64,000 nucleotides of DNA, taken from positions 2,560,001 through 2,624,000 of the forward strand of contig OY761611.1 of NCBI GenBank assembly GCA_963664875.1, given 5' to 3'. The notes under the pieces were generated by a model. It was not told the origin of the DNA. It saw nothing but the letters and a program-made list of their open reading frames with translations, and ran no database searches. This document shows, one piece after another, positions 10,413-21,700 of the stretch. Within the stretch, counting starts at the first letter, position 1. Each line of letters opens with the position of its first letter. The position numbers were made by a program, and so were the translations under genes. This stretch comes from Candidatus Kapaibacterium sp. (lineage in GTDB: Bacteria > Bacteroidota > Ignavibacteria > Kapaibacteriales > UBA2268).

Positions 10413-11258
10413 ATGAAAATGATTTTAATGGGATTGCTACTCCTAAGTGCAGCTCCAATCTTTGCACAAGACTCTTTAGCATACGAAGAGTTGCCGGAAT
10501 GTTTTTTTGAGGTGGATAGTATGTTTGTGTTGCACGGAAAACCAAATAATATATTTGCCGGTAGAGTAGTGGGGATTGATACATGTGAAACCCTCGAGAT
10601 AATAGAAATGCCATTCTGGCCTTTGCCGGTCAATGCTCAAAACAACATAGCAAAATTGTCTGAATATCGGTCAAATTTGCTTGCAGCGGATAAGATATAT
10701 TCAAATCATATTTTATCATTACAGACTACGACTGAGTTGAAGAGTATATTTAAGGAACAAAATGATTTCAAAGATATTGATTCCGTAGGCATATCTGCAA
10801 TTAGAGATGACTTGCTTGAAACAAAAGTTCTTTTTGAGCAATTAAAAGACTCACTTGGGGATTTCAAAATTTACATAAACAATTATCAGCAAAATGTAAA
10901 TAATAAGTACGATGCTATAAGGTTCGATTTGGTATTTGATAACAAGGTGTCTATAAGATATGTACTTAATATGTTAGAACAAGTCGATATTCTAACTTTT
11001 GAACATTATTTTTATGCATCTCCAACGTCAGTAAAGTCTCCGGAGAATTTCAATATTACTACTGACTCCTACAAAATATATATATCTAATGCCCAAGAAC
11101 CACTTCACATTCAAATATATGATTTGAGTGGCAATATCATCAAATCATTCGGCAAAATTACAGATAAAGAATATACAATTGATATGGACGAATTCAATCA
11201 AGGGGTTTATTTTGTCAAGATAAACAATCAAATAGTCAAATACATTGGCGTAAGATAG
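10413..11258 (+). CDS. Secreted protein with T9SS type A-like CTD, paralog B
   Basis: Same length as paralog A (281 aa), same LLLSAAPIFAQDSLAYEELPECFF N-terminus; IYDLSG...GVYFVKIN CTD. Confidence 0.75.
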   Translation: MKMILMGLLLLSAAPIFAQDSLAYEELPECFFEVDSMFVLHGKPNNIFAGRVVGIDTCETLEIIEMPFWPLPVNAQNNIAKLSEYRSNLLAADKIYSNHILSLQTTTELKSIFKEQNDFKDIDSVGISAIRDDLLETKVLFEQLKDSLGDFKIYINNYQQNVNNKYDAIRFDLVFDNKVSIRYVLNMLEQVDILTFEHYFYASPTSVKSPENFNITTDSYKIYISNAQEPLHIQIYDLSGNIIKSFGKITDKEYTIDMDEFNQGVYFVKINNQIVKYIGVR

Positions 11259-11361
11259 CAAATGAACTTGTACCGAGAATACTCGCGGTTTTGAAATACC
11301 AAAACAAGGAATCATATCTTTAAATTCAAAAAAATAATGATTCCTGCTTTTTTAAGTAGTT

Positions 11362-12171
11362 CTATTTCTTTTTGAGAATGTAGGATGCTTCGAGACTGAA
11401 AAAGCTCTTTACCAATGGGATGGCAGAGATTGGAGTAATCTTTAGTGATGGCAGACCGAACTTCATTTTGAATACAGGCCTCAAAAGGTAGAAGTCTGAT
11501 TTGACAATATCATAGCCTGCCTCCTTAGCTGCCTTTTCGAATTTCGCGGGAGTAAGCCGAATTGTTTGTAAACGTTTTACTTCGCCAATATCATTAGCCC
11601 TGCCGGAAGAAATCAGGCGATGGAAAATAAAATCCGGAAGTAAATGAATATATGGCAGTTTCCCCCAAGTATTTGCCACAGTGTGCTGATGCCCACCAAA
11701 TGGAGAGTGATAAGGCGGAAAGGTAACATATAAATAAGAACCTTGTTTGATTAGATTACTTATGTTTTTTAAAGCCAATTTTGTGTCATCCAAATGCTCA
11801 ATAACATCTCGTAGCAGTACTAAATCGTATTTATTGAGTTTATCAGCAGCAATGCTTTCAGTTATTATATTATGGTTTTGAAATTCTATTTCTACACTGC
11901 TAATCTCTTTGATGTAATTGCCTATGTCAAGCCTGAATTGAACTATATCGGATCCATAGGCCTCTTTCGCACCTGCCTCGACAAACGCAGCGAGGACTCC
12001 GCCCTCTGCAGCTCCGATTTCTGCAACTTTGTTACCTGCTTCGAATACCTTATTAGCTTTGAGATATGGCACCAGCACTTGATTGCCCAAATCAAACTGG
12101 TAGCCCCAGTAGTATTTGTCGTTATCTGATAAGTTACTTTTAGACACTATATTTTTGATAGATTTTTCCAT
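11362..12171 (-). CDS. Class I SAM-dependent methyltransferase
   Basis: VAEIGAAEGG motif I, YDLVLLRDVIEHL, FPPYHSPFGGHQ. Confidence 0.85.
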   Translation of the reverse strand: MEKSIKNIVSKSNLSDNDKYYWGYQFDLGNQVLVPYLKANKVFEAGNKVAEIGAAEGGVLAAFVEAGAKEAYGSDIVQFRLDIGNYIKEISSVEIEFQNHNIITESIAADKLNKYDLVLLRDVIEHLDDTKLALKNISNLIKQGSYLYVTFPPYHSPFGGHQHTVANTWGKLPYIHLLPDFIFHRLISSGRANDIGEVKRLQTIRLTPAKFEKAAKEAGYDIVKSDFYLLRPVFKMKFGLPSLKITPISAIPLVKSFFSLEASYILKKK

Positions 12172-12388
12172 TTCACTTTAAATGTTTTGTTTAGCCTAAA
12201 TCATTATGCAATATACGAAAAGGTCTCGAATTTATTCCTTTCAGATATATTTCTTTGGAGTCAAAAAAAAAGATAAACCTATACCTATGGTGTCAGAGCT
12301 CTAAAAAACACTTTTAACTTCCTTTATTATCTAATAAAACAAATAAAAATCGTAAATGTAAGAAAAACTTACATTTTGAATCATTGAA

Positions 12389-12635
12389 GAGTCTGTCTCA
12401 AAAGTAGTCTTTTTGCATTGTAAATCTGTAAATACTGTAATTTATAAAATAAGCAAACTTATGTTTGCCGACGGTTATACTTCCACAAGCTCAGTAACCT
12501 TTATCAATTGAAAAGAATTACATCAGTGCAACCGCACAAGGTCACTGAGCGAGCAAAACGAGTCTAAGTGTAGCTTGCGGCAAAACTCGCTAAATTTAAG
12601 AATACAGTGCAATTTTTGGCTTAAGAGACAGCCTC
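12389..12635. mobile_element. MITE-like non-coding element
   Basis: Imperfect terminal inverted repeats gagtctgtctc / gagacagcctc; the 70-nt core 12465-12534 recurs at 41269-41338 (60/70 by manual count). Confidence 0.5.
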
Positions 12636-13134
12636 CCATGAGTCAAGATAAATACTGATTGTTGTTTTTTTTATTACAGGAATAAACTAATACTTCCTGC
12701 GATGTTTCTTGCATTGTTAGCCGAAAATTAGTGGTTGCTTAGCTTATCTTTGGCTTGTAACTTTATTCAGTCATAGGAGTATTATAAGTAAAGAGGTTAT
12801 TGTAGGTAAAAATAATGGAAACAACTATGGCTTTGCTACTATGTTAAATGCAAACTTACCAATATGGTGCTTTATGGAAAAGATAGAACAAATGATTAGC
12901 AACTGTATGCACGATAAGGATATTGACAAAGATTATCTTTTAGCAAGATTCTGGTTGATTATCAGTTCGGATGGTAACATAGACAGTTTAGAACAAGAAT
13001 ATTATGATAAGTTATGTTGTTATTTGAAAGACAATATATCTCGTGTAAGTTGATTGTATTTTAATAACGCAGGGGTGCTATGCTCAGGAAGGCTCATGAA
13101 AAAATGTGGCGAGAAATACTGCTCGTTAAATATC

Positions 13135-13188
13135 ATAGATTTAGAGACTTCCGAATAAAAAACAGATTCGCTTAGTCTCTAAATCTAT
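13135..13188. terminator. Long hairpin downstream of the multiheme cytochrome gene
   Basis: atagatttagagact ... agtctctaaatctat, a 15-bp perfect inverted repeat. Confidence 0.55.
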
Positions 13189-13210
13189 ATTGAAATACTG
13201 TAAATTGTTG

Positions 13211-15025
13211 CTATTTGATAAATTTATAACTTCTACTTGTCATATCTTCACTAATCCGAACAAAGAAAACGTTGCTTTCTTCCAGATTGTCCATAGAGAA
13301 AAAGTTTTCTCCCGGATATACTATTGTGCTTTTCTGATAAACTATCCGACCTGATAAATCTGAAATGGCAATATCGATTTTAGAAGATTTGTCAGTTCTA
13401 AATACTAACTTATCGTCATTGTAGTAAATTTTTGTATTTTGCTCAGCACTTCCAACGCTGCTTTTGCTTATAGTTAGAGTTTGCTCTGACATAGTTATAG
13501 GTACGTTCGGATGTGATTGATGTAGAGCCGTAAAGTCTGTAACTTCAGTTGTATTTGTCCCTTTCAGATAGTCAGCTAATCCCGGCTTCACTGTTTGGTA
13601 AAGCAGATTGGCTTTAACTGTATAAGTTCCGTTTGGCAAAGCGGGTAGTTGATAAAATACCAAATCCTTACCGCCAACTCCAAAATTCGCATCATTAAGT
13701 GCGTTACCATAAACGGCACAAGTATCGTAACTTGGACTTGTTTTGTCAAATCCTTTTGGAGGGATTCTGTTGTCTTTTACAAAGTGTGAGGCTTTAAGTA
13801 GAGCAAATGTGGGGTTCCCTTTGACATCTGCCGGTGTAGCTTCCCAAATTTGTATTTGACTATCAGAATAAATAGTATCACTATGTAAAAAAGTTTCATT
13901 TGGGTTAGCTAAAATTCTACCTTCAGAATCAGGAGTACCTGATTCGTAAACTATATTGCCGACTTGGTCACTTATTATCAGCTGCAGCCACATTCTTCGG
14001 AAAGGTATTCCTGTAGGCAATTTGTGTCCGGTAAGGTTCGTAACTTCAACTTTCAAATAATTTCCTTCGTGAGTTACAGCTAAAGCTACTGCTTTTGTCA
14101 AATTTGATTTGGATTCCAGGATAGTTTTGTCAAATTGAGCAGAATTTGCAGACATGCTGCCGCCATTAGTTTCCATGCTTTTCAAAATTCCAAGCATATA
14201 GGCATTGCCACCAACAAAATCATGTTTCCAAAAAGGGGCTCTCAATGTATTGTGCCAAGCAGGAGTAGTTGCAATGTCAATACCGGCATCAATTTTTGGC
14301 ATATGACATTCCTGGCAACTTTTACCTTCTTCCGGATAAGAACTAATTTTCCATTCTATATAAGGAGTCTGCTCAGGAAAAGTACCGCCAACGTTGTTGT
14401 TTTCATCAAAGTAAGGAGCAAACAGTGTGTGACAAGTGGCACATAGTTCCGAGTGTGCCATAGCTGCCCTATATTCGGGTGTGTAGTTAACATTATTTTG
14501 CATAGGTGTAGTAAGAGGGGATTGATATGGTCCGAAAATCTTTCTACTATTGTCTATTAAGTAGTTGCCTGAATAGGAGTCCGCAGATTCATTCTGAGAG
14601 TTCTGAATCTGATGACATACGGTGCAGCTTACACCATCCTGTGCCAATTGATTTTGGTAAAGGTCTGAGAGCATAAAACTACCCGAACCATTTTCTTTAG
14701 CTTGCCTATTGCCCATAGGTGCGTGACACCTTGTGCATGTGGATTCTATAATATCTGCATATTCAGGATGAGCGTGAGACTCCTCTGAGACTACTGCGCG
14801 CCAAAGAGGATCTTTGGCAGAATGAGCCATCATTGTACTTCGCCATAAAGTAACAGGTGAAACATCAGCTCCCTCAAATGTTAGAGCGACTCCATCCGAA
14901 GTGTGGCAAGCTTCGCAGTTTCCAGAACCGCTAAAAAGTGAGCTGGTTTGTGTGTTGAGAACGCTTAGAGCATATAGTGAAATAGCGCCGGCAACGATAA
15001 TCAATAAAATCATAGCCTTTTTCAT
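13211..15025 (-). CDS. Pentaheme c-type cytochrome with T9SS-like C-terminal domain
   Basis: Signal peptide; CEACH, CTRCH, CTVCH, CATCH, CQECH; NLTGHKLPTG..RRMWL; C-terminal ISDLSGRIV...FFVRI...YKFIK. Likely start ATG 15025. Confidence 0.85.
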   Translation of the reverse strand: MKKAMILLIIVAGAISLYALSVLNTQTSSLFSGSGNCEACHTSDGVALTFEGADVSPVTLWRSTMMAHSAKDPLWRAVVSEESHAHPEYADIIESTCTRCHAPMGNRQAKENGSGSFMLSDLYQNQLAQDGVSCTVCHQIQNSQNESADSYSGNYLIDNSRKIFGPYQSPLTTPMQNNVNYTPEYRAAMAHSELCATCHTLFAPYFDENNNVGGTFPEQTPYIEWKISSYPEEGKSCQECHMPKIDAGIDIATTPAWHNTLRAPFWKHDFVGGNAYMLGILKSMETNGGSMSANSAQFDKTILESKSNLTKAVALAVTHEGNYLKVEVTNLTGHKLPTGIPFRRMWLQLIISDQVGNIVYESGTPDSEGRILANPNETFLHSDTIYSDSQIQIWEATPADVKGNPTFALLKASHFVKDNRIPPKGFDKTSPSYDTCAVYGNALNDANFGVGGKDLVFYQLPALPNGTYTVKANLLYQTVKPGLADYLKGTNTTEVTDFTALHQSHPNVPITMSEQTLTISKSSVGSAEQNTKIYYNDDKLVFRTDKSSKIDIAISDLSGRIVYQKSTIVYPGENFFSMDNLEESNVFFVRISEDMTSRSYKFIK

Positions 15026-15374
15026 AACAACCTCCAATAGTGCTTTTAAGTAATATACCCACTAAATTCAAAAAAGTAAAACGGCTAAAAGCTATTAGGC
15101 AAGTAATGTAATCATTATGTGATTGTAAATTTACTGTTCCGGCTTTTTGTAGATTGCTGGGAGGGAATGTTATTTTGATATGCCTGAAATATTGGAAAAT
15201 ATTAGGATTATTTACTTCTTTGAGTCTTTCTAAGAGTTTTGCATCACCTAATCAATGAAGAGAAGAAAATGTAAAAAAGTTTGAAAAAAGTTGATTTTTT
15301 TCTCGAAAGAACTTTATACCTATTCTCACGTATTAGAGAAAAAGTCGAAATTAAGTATCATAGAAAGTCAGATT

Positions 15375-16484
15375 ATGCTAAACACTCCTTATCAATTAGA
15401 ATATAAAAGTGGTAACTTTTACGAAAGACTTGATATATGTTGCGACATAATAGAAAGGAAAGCAGCAGATTTATTGGCAGATATATATGTAACTTTTGGT
15501 GCTGTAACTGTCTCCGATAAGTTAGATCTGTGTTTGGATTTTACTATTTTGGGTACTTTTTGGAAAAATTATAATCTATATGTGTCTGTGCCATTGCTTA
15601 ATTCAAAGCGCTCCATTCTAAAAGTACTTTACCGTATGCGATACGCTTCCGAAAGTGCAAAGCCGATATTCGATAATATACGTGGAGTTGCAGCTGCGAA
15701 ATTGCTTTTAGATTATGCAAAAACACAGAATGCAATCTTTGGCATTGAAGGACTTATACGTCTAATTGCTTTTCTTGATGCAACGAATGAATTTGAAGAA
15801 GAAACGGTTCGGATGGCTGCTCTCTGTGATAGGCTCGCATTGTTAGACGAGACGGAAAGAGCTCTTGTACTAAGTAAAATATCTGAACTTACAGGATTCT
15901 TTATTTCGATAAGCAACACGATGCTATCTGAATTTACTGATAATGTGAGAACTTTTTTGGAACATCATCGCGATAAATACATTAATAAAGAAAACTATTT
16001 CTTCACAGGTAGGCAGGAATCAGAATACCATCTCAATATGGTAGGTGCCGCTTTGATGAATAGGTCGCTAAGGCCTAAGTTTGACGATACAAATGAAAAA
16101 GTGGTAATACTGCCCACTTGTATGACTGATACGGCTAATTGCAATGCTAAAAAAGAAGGCGATGATTTAGTATGCACCCGATGCAACAAATCCTGCAACG
16201 TGATGCAAGTTATGGATAAAAGTCGAATTCTGAATTGCAAAATAGTCCTTATTAGACATTCTTCTAACTTTTCAAAATGGTTAGAGCCTTGGGCGAATCA
16301 ATCACACACGGGTGTTGTTGGAGTAGCCTGCGTTTTAAACCTTCTGAAAGGCGGATTCGAAATGAAAAGACTTGGCATCCCTTCACAGTGTGTTTTCCTC
16401 AATTTTGCCGGATGTAAAAAACACTGGAAAATTGGAGTCCCTACAGAAATCAATCTGCACCGATTAGCTGAAGTAGTGAGATAA
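15375..16484 (+). CDS. DUF116-domain (Cys-rich, putative metal-binding) protein
   Basis: LPTCM...C...CTRC.K.C...GVACVLNL...GC..HW pattern. Likely start ATG 15375. Confidence 0.7.
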   Translation: MLNTPYQLEYKSGNFYERLDICCDIIERKAADLLADIYVTFGAVTVSDKLDLCLDFTILGTFWKNYNLYVSVPLLNSKRSILKVLYRMRYASESAKPIFDNIRGVAAAKLLLDYAKTQNAIFGIEGLIRLIAFLDATNEFEEETVRMAALCDRLALLDETERALVLSKISELTGFFISISNTMLSEFTDNVRTFLEHHRDKYINKENYFFTGRQESEYHLNMVGAALMNRSLRPKFDDTNEKVVILPTCMTDTANCNAKKEGDDLVCTRCNKSCNVMQVMDKSRILNCKIVLIRHSSNFSKWLEPWANQSHTGVVGVACVLNLLKGGFEMKRLGIPSQCVFLNFAGCKKHWKIGVPTEINLHRLAEVVR

Positions 16485-16535
16485 TTTCTCTCTTTTTTGT
16501 TATTTTAGCAAAGTATCTTTAATTTCGGGAATCGA

Positions 16536-17333
16536 ATGAAATACTTTGCTATATTACTGCTGTTTTTTACAAATTGCCAGCTGCTTCGAAGCCAATCTTA
16601 TGTTGGTAGAGTGGCAGACAGCTTTGTTGACGACCTAAAGAGCTTTGGCACTGACTACTATCGGACAGGTTCCATAATATACGAAGAGTACGATGAGGTC
16701 TTGCTGGCAGTGGGTGTTGCTTCCGCAGCAACATATCTATTCTCTTTAGGAGATGAAACTCTAAGAAATGAAGTCATTAAAACTACTCCAGATTTCGATA
16801 AAGTCAAGTTTTTTAATGAATTGGGCAACGTAAAAACAATGGGGATGGTATCAGGCATTGTCTATGGTATCGGTTTGTTTTCGGAAGATAGCAAAATCAG
16901 AGAAACCGGAAGGTTACTTGTAGAATCCTTAGTTTGGAGCGGTAGTCTCAACATGCTGCTTCGGCATTCTTTTGGTAGATACAGACCTTACAATGAGAGA
17001 GGCAATGGGCTTTTTTCTTTTTGGCAAACACATAATGATTTCCAGTCTTTTCCTTCGGGGCACACTACTGTGGCATTTTCAATGGCGACTGTGCTATCCT
17101 TTCAGATTGACCGCTGGTGGGCGTATCCTTTGTTTTATGGACTCGCAGGTTGTACAGGTGCGACAAGAATTTATTTAGATCAACATTGGTTGTCAGATGT
17201 ACTTTTCGGAGCTGCACTTGGATATGCGGGAGGCAGATTATTGCTTCGTGCAAATAAGAACAAAGATAAAGAAAAGACTTACAGTTTGAGTCTTAGCCCA
17301 GGCGGCTTGTCATTTGTGTATTATTTATACTAA
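16536..17333 (+). CDS. PAP2 family phosphatase
   Basis: GRYRP, SFPSGH, TRIYLDQHWLSDV motifs. Confidence 0.9.
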   Translation: MKYFAILLLFFTNCQLLRSQSYVGRVADSFVDDLKSFGTDYYRTGSIIYEEYDEVLLAVGVASAATYLFSLGDETLRNEVIKTTPDFDKVKFFNELGNVKTMGMVSGIVYGIGLFSEDSKIRETGRLLVESLVWSGSLNMLLRHSFGRYRPYNERGNGLFSFWQTHNDFQSFPSGHTTVAFSMATVLSFQIDRWWAYPLFYGLAGCTGATRIYLDQHWLSDVLFGAALGYAGGRLLLRANKNKDKEKTYSLSLSPGGLSFVYYLY

Positions 17334-17613
17334 AATATCTTGAGAAGCAATCTCTAATTAAGTTGCTTATGAGGCTGAAATCTATAGCCACCTTAGATAA
17401 AAGTATTAATACTTATTGTGGTGCATATATTTTTTGGTATATTGCACAAAATAATGGTAAAAAACTCATTGTGTTAATTCATATTAGCATATTTGTATCT
17501 CTATGCCTTAATTGTTGTAAGTTGAAATAAAGGCTAAATATTTTGAGTAATTATCGTATTTTTGTAGTAAGGAATAAACAATTTAGACAAAACACCAAAC
17601 GAATAGAATATCC

Positions 17614-18639
17614 ATGGCTCTTTTTAGATTATTTTCCAACGACGTTGCTATAGATTTGGGCACTGCCAATACTTTGATTTGGATGAAAAGTAAGGGTATT
17701 GTGTTAAATGAACCAACTATCGTCGCATTTGACCGTACAAGCAAGCACATAATTGCTATCGGGCATGAAGCACAATCGATGGTCGGTAAAACCCACAAAG
17801 ATATTAAAATCATTAGACCGCTCAGAGACGGTGCTATTGCTGATTTTGAAATTACTGAAGGTATGCTTAGAGCATTTATTCGCAAAGTTTCTATGTCATG
17901 GCAACCTGCACGCAGAGTAGTTGTTTGTGTGCCTTCCGGATTGACTGAAGTAGAAAAACGTGCTGTGAGAGACAGCTGCGAGCATGCCGGTGCTAAAGAG
18001 GTACATTTGATTGCCGAACCTATGGCTTCTGCCATTGGCATCGGACTTAATGTGCATGAGCCTATCGGCAATATGATTGTTGATATCGGTGGTGGCACAA
18101 CTGAGATTGCAGTTATTGCACTTTCAGGTATAGTAAGTGATACTTCAATCCGTATCGCCGGCGATGAAATGACTAATTCTATCGGTCAGTATTTCAGAAG
18201 ACAGCACAATATTCTAATCGGTGACAGAACTGCTGAGATGATAAAATGTACGGTTGGTTCTGCTGTGCAGTTGGAAGAAGAAATCGAGATTGAAGTAAAA
18301 GGTCGTGACTTGGTTTCAGGTATTCCGAAAATGATACAGGTTAGCTCTGCCGACATTCGTGAAGCACTTGCAGAAGCCGTAAATGAGATAGTCGAAGGCG
18401 TGCTTAGACTTTTGGAAAAGACTCCGCCGGAGCTTTCTGCAGATATTTTTGATCGCGGCATCATGCTAAGTGGTGGAGGAGCACTCCTAAAAGGACTGGA
18501 CGAAAGATTGAGACGTGAAACCAGTTTGCCTGTGCACGTCGCAGAAGATCCTCTCACCGCAGTAGTAAGAGGTACAGGAATGGTGCTCGAAAACTTTTCA
18601 GAGTATTCTTCTGTTTTGATTAAGAGCAGTCGATACTAA
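17614..18639 (+). CDS. mreB: Rod shape-determining actin MreB
   Basis: AIDLGTANT, RPLRDGAIADF, VDIGGGTTE, GGGALL, AEDPLTAV. Confidence 0.97.
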   Translation: MALFRLFSNDVAIDLGTANTLIWMKSKGIVLNEPTIVAFDRTSKHIIAIGHEAQSMVGKTHKDIKIIRPLRDGAIADFEITEGMLRAFIRKVSMSWQPARRVVVCVPSGLTEVEKRAVRDSCEHAGAKEVHLIAEPMASAIGIGLNVHEPIGNMIVDIGGGTTEIAVIALSGIVSDTSIRIAGDEMTNSIGQYFRRQHNILIGDRTAEMIKCTVGSAVQLEEEIEIEVKGRDLVSGIPKMIQVSSADIREALAEAVNEIVEGVLRLLEKTPPELSADIFDRGIMLSGGGALLKGLDERLRRETSLPVHVAEDPLTAVVRGTGMVLENFSEYSSVLIKSSRY

Positions 18640-18658
18640 TAAGAAGTAAAATTCTACT

Positions 18659-18699
18659 AAAAAAAGCCGCATCAATTGATTTTTTGATACGGCTTTTTT
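18659..18699. terminator. Bidirectional terminator between mreB and the IgGFc-binding gene
   Basis: aaaaaaagccgcatcaa...ttgatacggctttttt. Confidence 0.8.
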
Positions 18700-18717
18700 C
18701 GTTAGCAAGTTAGACTT

Positions 18718-21700
18718 TTATCTCACAATTATTATTTTCTCTGTCAGATATATCGTTGCAGATTGTAGTTTAATAAAATATACTCCGTCAGGGATATGTT
18801 CTGTAGTCACTTCTTGAGTGTACTGTCCGGCTTTGTATGCCCCTTCCAAAACAGTTAAAATATTCTTGCCGTTTATATCTATGATTTCCAACGTAATATT
18901 GGCATCATAGCCCAAAGAGAAATTGATTTCAAATTTTTCTTCGCTTATCGGGTTTGGCGAGACTTTTGGAGCCTCCAGATTGTTTGAATTCATTAGTATT
19001 TTGGAAATATCGCTCGCACAATAAGGTTGTAGCTCAATCATACCGGTAGCTGATTTAAACAGAACGCAGTCACTGTCTTCTGTTGTGATTTCCGCGTTGA
19101 TGTCCGCTTTATATGTATCGATTGTCGAAAGATAGGTATCAAACTCAATATCGATAAGATTTTCACCTTCATTTATTGTTCTGTCTGAAATACTTACTAT
19201 ATCGGCTTCAATGATTCCTAACTTGTTGTCAATCGTTAAGTTTTTCAAATCGAAATAACCGAGCAAAGATTTATTCAAACTTACAGCATCATCTGCAACA
19301 AATAAAAAATTAGATAAAAAGCTAAGTCGAATGTGAAGATTTTGGATGTTTAAGTCACTGATATCTTCGCCATTTAGTAGTTTTATTGTTTTTTTAGTTT
19401 TAGAACCTATTTCGACTTTTGTTCCAATAGGCTGCAGTGTTGTTTCTCTGCTTAAATTTATGGCAGAGCCTGTTATTTCTTTGGTCAGGATAGCCGAAGA
19501 GCCGTTTGTTGCTTCGATTTGTACAACAGCAGAGCTTAGAGACTCTCGAGAATTTGGTCTGTAATTGATTGGTATTGTATAGATGCTGCCCTTTGGTACT
19601 GTGAAGCTGCCGATAGATTCCGCAAAATAAAACTCAGGAGATGCATTTAAAAACATAGGAGGATCAAATGCAATGTCATTTGTTCCAAAATTAGATATAT
19701 GCAATTCTAATCTTGCTTCTGTCCCATAGCAAGTAGCGACCGGGTCGGAACTTACGGATAGCAATTCTTCGACTCCTGTTCCTTTGAACGTAATGACCAG
19801 CTCCTGATTCGCATCATTTAGAACTCTGAGAGAAGCTGAAGCCTCTGACGTAAATGCTCTGAAATATACATCGAACGATAATTTCTGTCCGGGTAATAGT
19901 TCTTGAGGTAAGCTCAAATTGCTGTTATCTAAAGCAAATCCCTTGCTACTGAAATTGTCCTTTCCTAAGCCAATGCTATTATTTATCGGCTCGAGATTTG
20001 TAATTACTGCTCTGTCGGCAAATTCCCAATCAGTTTGTGAAAGATTAGTTATGATAACCGTTGCTTTTCTAATATCAGCTGAATTATTAATTATGGCAAC
20101 GCCAAGGTTTACTATATCGGAGCTGCTTTTCAGTTGAGCAGAAACACCGGTTCCTGTTAATTTTGTTGAAGATTGGCTCAAAGTGCCGTCGCTAAGTTTA
20201 TATCTTAAATCTAAAGAATAATGTTTATTTTCTTTTGGCATAAACTTTACAGCCAGGAATAATTCCTCTCCCGGTTTAATCTGTTTGCATACCACAGATT
20301 TGTCAAATTTGAAAACGCCATCAGATGCGTCATTTTCAAGAATAACATCTGAAATTGTTATCGAAACATTGCCGTTGTTTTCTATTTTAATACCATTGTC
20401 TATTGTAGAATATTCAAAACCTTTTGTTTTTCTTCCAAACTCATAATTATCAGAAAGTATCCCGGGCATAAGACTTTTAGCTACGATATAGCAAATACTG
20501 TCTGCCGGAACAATTGTGTTGGAATAAAACACAACAGAGTCCTGATAATCTGCCATCTGAGTTGCATTGATTCTAATCCTATAATCAATATAAGACTTTT
20601 TGGGGATTGTGATAGGATCTGCAATAGTCGGCACTTTTGGTAGTTGTACAGTGATATCAGTAGATTCCGGCAACTTAGCACCGTGAATAATTAGTGGCAG
20701 ATTGCCTCTGTTGAATAATCTTACAAGTCTTTCCGTAGGTTTGTCAGCTGTAACGTCGCCAAGATCACAATCATTTGCATCTATTTCCTGATAACCAACC
20801 TCACCATCAGTCATCACTGCAAAAAAGCTTTTACAGGTATCTCTTACTCCTAATGAATCTGAGTATTTTCCGGGCTCTGTTGCAACAAACCTTACAGTAA
20901 GGTCTTTGGCAGATAAGCCGGGTAGAATGAAAGGAGCAGGACTATCTATGATATCAAATCCGTTGCTAATTTGCTTTAGCATCAAATCATCAATATGAGC
21001 ATCTGCAACAGATAGGTTTTTCATTCTGATGGTTTTTGTACTGGCTTCACCTGATTTGACTATCCCAAATTCTAATCTTTCGGGTTCGAATGCTATTATA
21101 ACAGGGTTATATTCGATTCTGACTATTGTATCATTTCCGGCTCTGTCGATAAACATAATTTTTGCTTTTGCTTTCAGATTTGGATTTTTTATCTGCAGCG
21201 ACCAGTTTATGGATAGAATATTACCTGAGTTGATAGCATCAGATTTTAAGATATAATTTTCAGTACTATCTGCAAAGAGTATAGGCGGGAATAAGCAGGA
21301 AGCAAACTCCATTTCGCTCGGCAAGTCAACAACTACGCCGTTTACATCTCCACTGCAGTCCATAGTCCACGAAGGAAGTGGAGGAATTTTGTCATTTGTA
21401 TCTTCCTCTTTGAACGCATATGAAGCACCTGCTGAGAATGATTCGTGTCTTGCAGCTCCTCTAATGTAAGCCATAAAAGGATTGCTCGCCTTTAGGTAGA
21501 AAGATTCACTCAAATTGATATCAGCATCAATGAGCTTAAATCTTGTGCCATCTGAGAGTGGGAAAAATAGATCAGTCTCATTAATTGTCATCAGATTACT
21601 CAAAGGTTCCCATACAAGCTCATCAGAAACCAGTCTTCCGATGAGGAGCTCATCAGTGGATTGATGTTCGCTGACTATTATTGATACTCTGTAGCTATCG

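Noticed and set aside
12700-13053. 70-aa ORF 12841-13053 and flanking fragments
   Set aside because: No recognisable motif or RBS; possibly a decayed gene, but I cannot support a call.
17583-18557. Antisense ORFs over mreB (similar ones over nrfA, tyrS, recA, umuC)
   Set aside because: Antisense shadows of well-supported genes.
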